Origin: Eimeria praecox
Lineage: Eukaryota
DNA: 64,000 nt
Direction: 5' to 3'
Assembly: GCA_963920595.1 (NCBI GenBank)
Contig: OY986948.1
Location: 3,162,001 to 3,226,000 of the forward strand
Below the pieces are notes generated by a model. The model did not search any database. It was not told the DNA's origin and was given only the letters and a program-made list of their open reading frames with translations. The stretch's first letter is position 1, and every line of letters begins with the position of its first letter. The translations under genes and the position numbers were made by a program. This document shows, piece after piece, positions 61,506-64,000 of this stretch.

Positions 61506-61650
61506 ATGGTTTGCTGCCAGCAGCAGCAAATTCATTCTTATCGTTTGGGGCCTTGGGGATTCCCCCTTACCTACAAAACAAGCTGGCGGGGGCCAGCAGC
61601 AGCAGCAGCAGCAGCTGCTGCTGCTGCTGCTGCTGCTGCTCCAGGCACAA

Positions 61651-61694
<44 letters not shown>

Positions 61695-61904
61695 GCAAGA
61701 CCATTTGTATGCAGACACCGTTTGCTGAGCCCCTCATCGAGTTTTGTTTATACTCTGAGGTGTACGTACACCTCAAATGTGAGGAATCTTCTGTCCTTCA
61801 AAACTAACACATCATTATACAGCCACACCTGCAGCAGCAGCAGCAGCAACAGCAACAGCAGCAGCAGCAGCACCAACAGCATAGGCAACAGCAGAAGAAG
61901 CATA

Positions 61905-61956
<52 letters not shown>

Positions 61957-62144
61957 GTTTTCTAGAAGATAGTTTAGATTATGATTTGTCTTCTTTGTGT
62001 ATTGATGATATTTCTTCTTTTTCTTCTTCGTATACACCGAATATGTCTTTAGATTATTCTGCTGCTGCTGCAGCAGCAGCAGCAGCAAACAATAAACTGC
62101 AGCAGCTGCAGCAGCCTAAGTCCCCACGTATAGGACGACGCCTC

Positions 62145-62179
<35 letters not shown>

Positions 62180-63836
62180 AGCAGCAGGAGAAGGAATAAC
62201 AACAACACCAGCAGCAGCAGCAACGGCAGCAGCAACAGCAGCAGCAGCAACAGCATCATCAGGAGGTTTAAAAGCTTTATGTCCTGCTGCTGCTGTTGCT
62301 GCTGCAGTAAGAGCAGCAGCAAATAATATACGCGACGATAAACTGTGGGGTGGAGTTGTTAGAAAAATCGCAATCGTAGCTCCGCTGCTGCAGCCACACC
62401 AAATTGCTGCTGCTATGCATGCTACTGCGAGAGTCAAGTAAACCCTAGAAAACCCTAGTAAACCCTAGGAAACCCTAGTAAACCCTAGGTAACCCTAGTA
62501 AACCCTAGTAAACCCTAGAAAACCCTAGGAAGCCCTAGGTAACCCTAGCAAACCCTGGAAAGCCCTAGTAAACCCTAGTAAACCCTAGTAAACCCTAGGT
62601 AACCCTAGGAAACCCTAGAAAGCCCTAGGAAGCCCTAGCAAACCCTAGGTAACCCTAGGAAGCCCTAGGTAACCCTAGGAAGCCCTAGCAAACCCTAGGA
62701 AGCCCTAGCAAACCCTAGGAAACCCTAGCAAACCCTAGTAAACCCTAATAAACCCTAGCAAACCCTAGTAAACCCTAATAAACCCTAGTAAACCCTAAAA
62801 CGTAGATAATTTGAAAGATGATGATTCAAACTCCTCGGATAAGATGATGTAATTAACATAGACAAACGTGTAAAGACTAGGGTTTAGGGTTTAGGGTTTA
62901 TGAGGGTTTATGAGGATTTATGAGGGTTTAGGGTTTAGGGTTTAGGGTTTAGGGTTTAGGGTTTAGGGTTTAGGGTTTAGGGTTTGCGAGCGCAGATACA
63001 GAGATATGCGTTTGGTGGAGGTGATGTCTCCTCTTATCCTCAAACAAATCGAAGACTTCTCAGTTAAAGGTATCTAAACCCTAAACCCTAAACCCTAAAC
63101 CCTAAACCCTAAACCCTAAACCCTAAACCCTAGATACTCTTAGGGATCTTAACTATTGTTTCTAAACCGTTTAAGATATCAAAACGTTGTGCGGTGTATG
63201 GTGAACTGCAAATTGAATTGTGAGATGTAGGGTTTAGGGTTTAGGGTTTAGGGTTTAGGGTTTAGGGTTTAGGGTTTAGGGTTTAGGGTTTAGGGTTTGT
63301 GTGTCTTAGATATTTCTTTACTGCTGAATGCTCTGAGGAAGTTAGAACTTCCAAAGACAGACACCATCGAACTCCTCGTCAACGAAGTAAACCCTAAACC
63401 CTAAACCCTAGTAAACCCTAAACCCTAAACCCTAGTAAACCCTAGTAAACCCTAATCAACCCTAGTAAACCCTAGTAAACATTAGGAAGCCCTAGCAAAC
63501 GCTAGTAAACCCTAGTAAACCCTAGTAAACCCTAGGTAACCCTAGTAAACCCTAGTAAACCCTAGTAAACATTAGGAAGCCCTAGGAAACACTAGTAAAC
63601 TCTAGTAAACCCTAGTAAACCCTAGTAAACCCTAGTAAACCCTAGTAAACCCTAGTAAACCCTAGTAAACCCTAGTAAACCCTAATAAACCCTAATAAAC
63701 CCTACACTGTAGGCTTACCACAGACTTTCTTGTCTGCGGTTTGTTGCTGCCTGTGCTACTACTACTACTACTACTACTCCTACTACTCCTACTACTACTA
63801 CTACTACTGCTGCTACTGCTGCTGCTGCTGCTACTG

Positions 63837-63893
<57 letters not shown>

Positions 63894-63987
63894 CATCATA
63901 GCTGTGTCTAAACCTCCGCGCAGCTTCGAGTCAGGATTTGAGTTTGGCGTCGAGTTCTCTCGCTTTCTTCAAAATATATCATACCAG
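61506..63987 (+). CDS. Heptatricopeptide-repeat (HPR)-like helical repeat protein, continues beyond window; exons 61506-62437, 62996-63069, 63310-63386, 63902-63987
   Basis: Spliced exons give two exact 37-aa units (LQPHQIAAAMHATARVKYRDMRLVEVMSPLILKQIED / FSVKDISLLLNALRKLELPKTDTIELLVNELCLNLRA) and a third start (ASSQDLSLASSSLAFF); start codon uncertain. Confidence 0.75.
62438..63705. repeat. Intronic telomere-like repeats: 10-mer (AAACCCTAGT)n ~62440-62800 and ~63389-63705, (TTTAGGG)n ~62878-62985 and ~63228-63298, (CCCTAAA)n ~63075-63133
   Basis: Direct reading. Confidence 0.95.
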
Positions 63988-64000
63988 GTTAGTAAACACT

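Noticed and set aside
60374..64000. True chromosome end
   Set aside because: Arrays are short, in both orientations and interleaved with exons

Overview
Eukaryotic DNA, most likely a coccidian (Eimeria-like) chromosome segment; this is inferred from CAG/CTG repeats in coding exons, interstitial TTTAGGG arrays, rhoptry-kinase-like genes and chromovirus retrotransposons. 1-19 kb is a nest of at least five Ty3/Gypsy LTR retrotransposons. One copy (A, 8787-15597) is near-intact, with 392/395-bp LTRs, gag with two CCHC knuckles and an uninterrupted PR-RT-RH-IN-chromodomain pol. It lies inside an opposite-strand relative (B, 8742-18054) bounded by a 5-bp AGTGC target-site duplication. Comparing three copies reveals a tRNA-Pro-type primer-binding site, a palindrome at the LTR start, and a conserved -1 frameshift cassette (slippery heptamer, bulged hairpin, loop-to-downstream pairing). 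20-42 kb holds three intronless ROP-kinase-like paralogues with degraded catalytic motifs, a TMEM184/OSTalpha-like gene, a Q/A/E-rich protein and a secreted cyclophilin with a GC-AG intron. 45-64 kb is AT- and microsatellite-rich. It holds an ER-type Hsp40, two paralogues of an unrecognised ~107-aa domain, a divergent pair of small membrane proteins, a dispersed GGTGTACGTACACC palindrome, and a 37-aa-repeat (HPR-like) gene whose introns carry complementary telomere-like repeats at opposite ends. Gene models and counts were read by eye; no searches were run.
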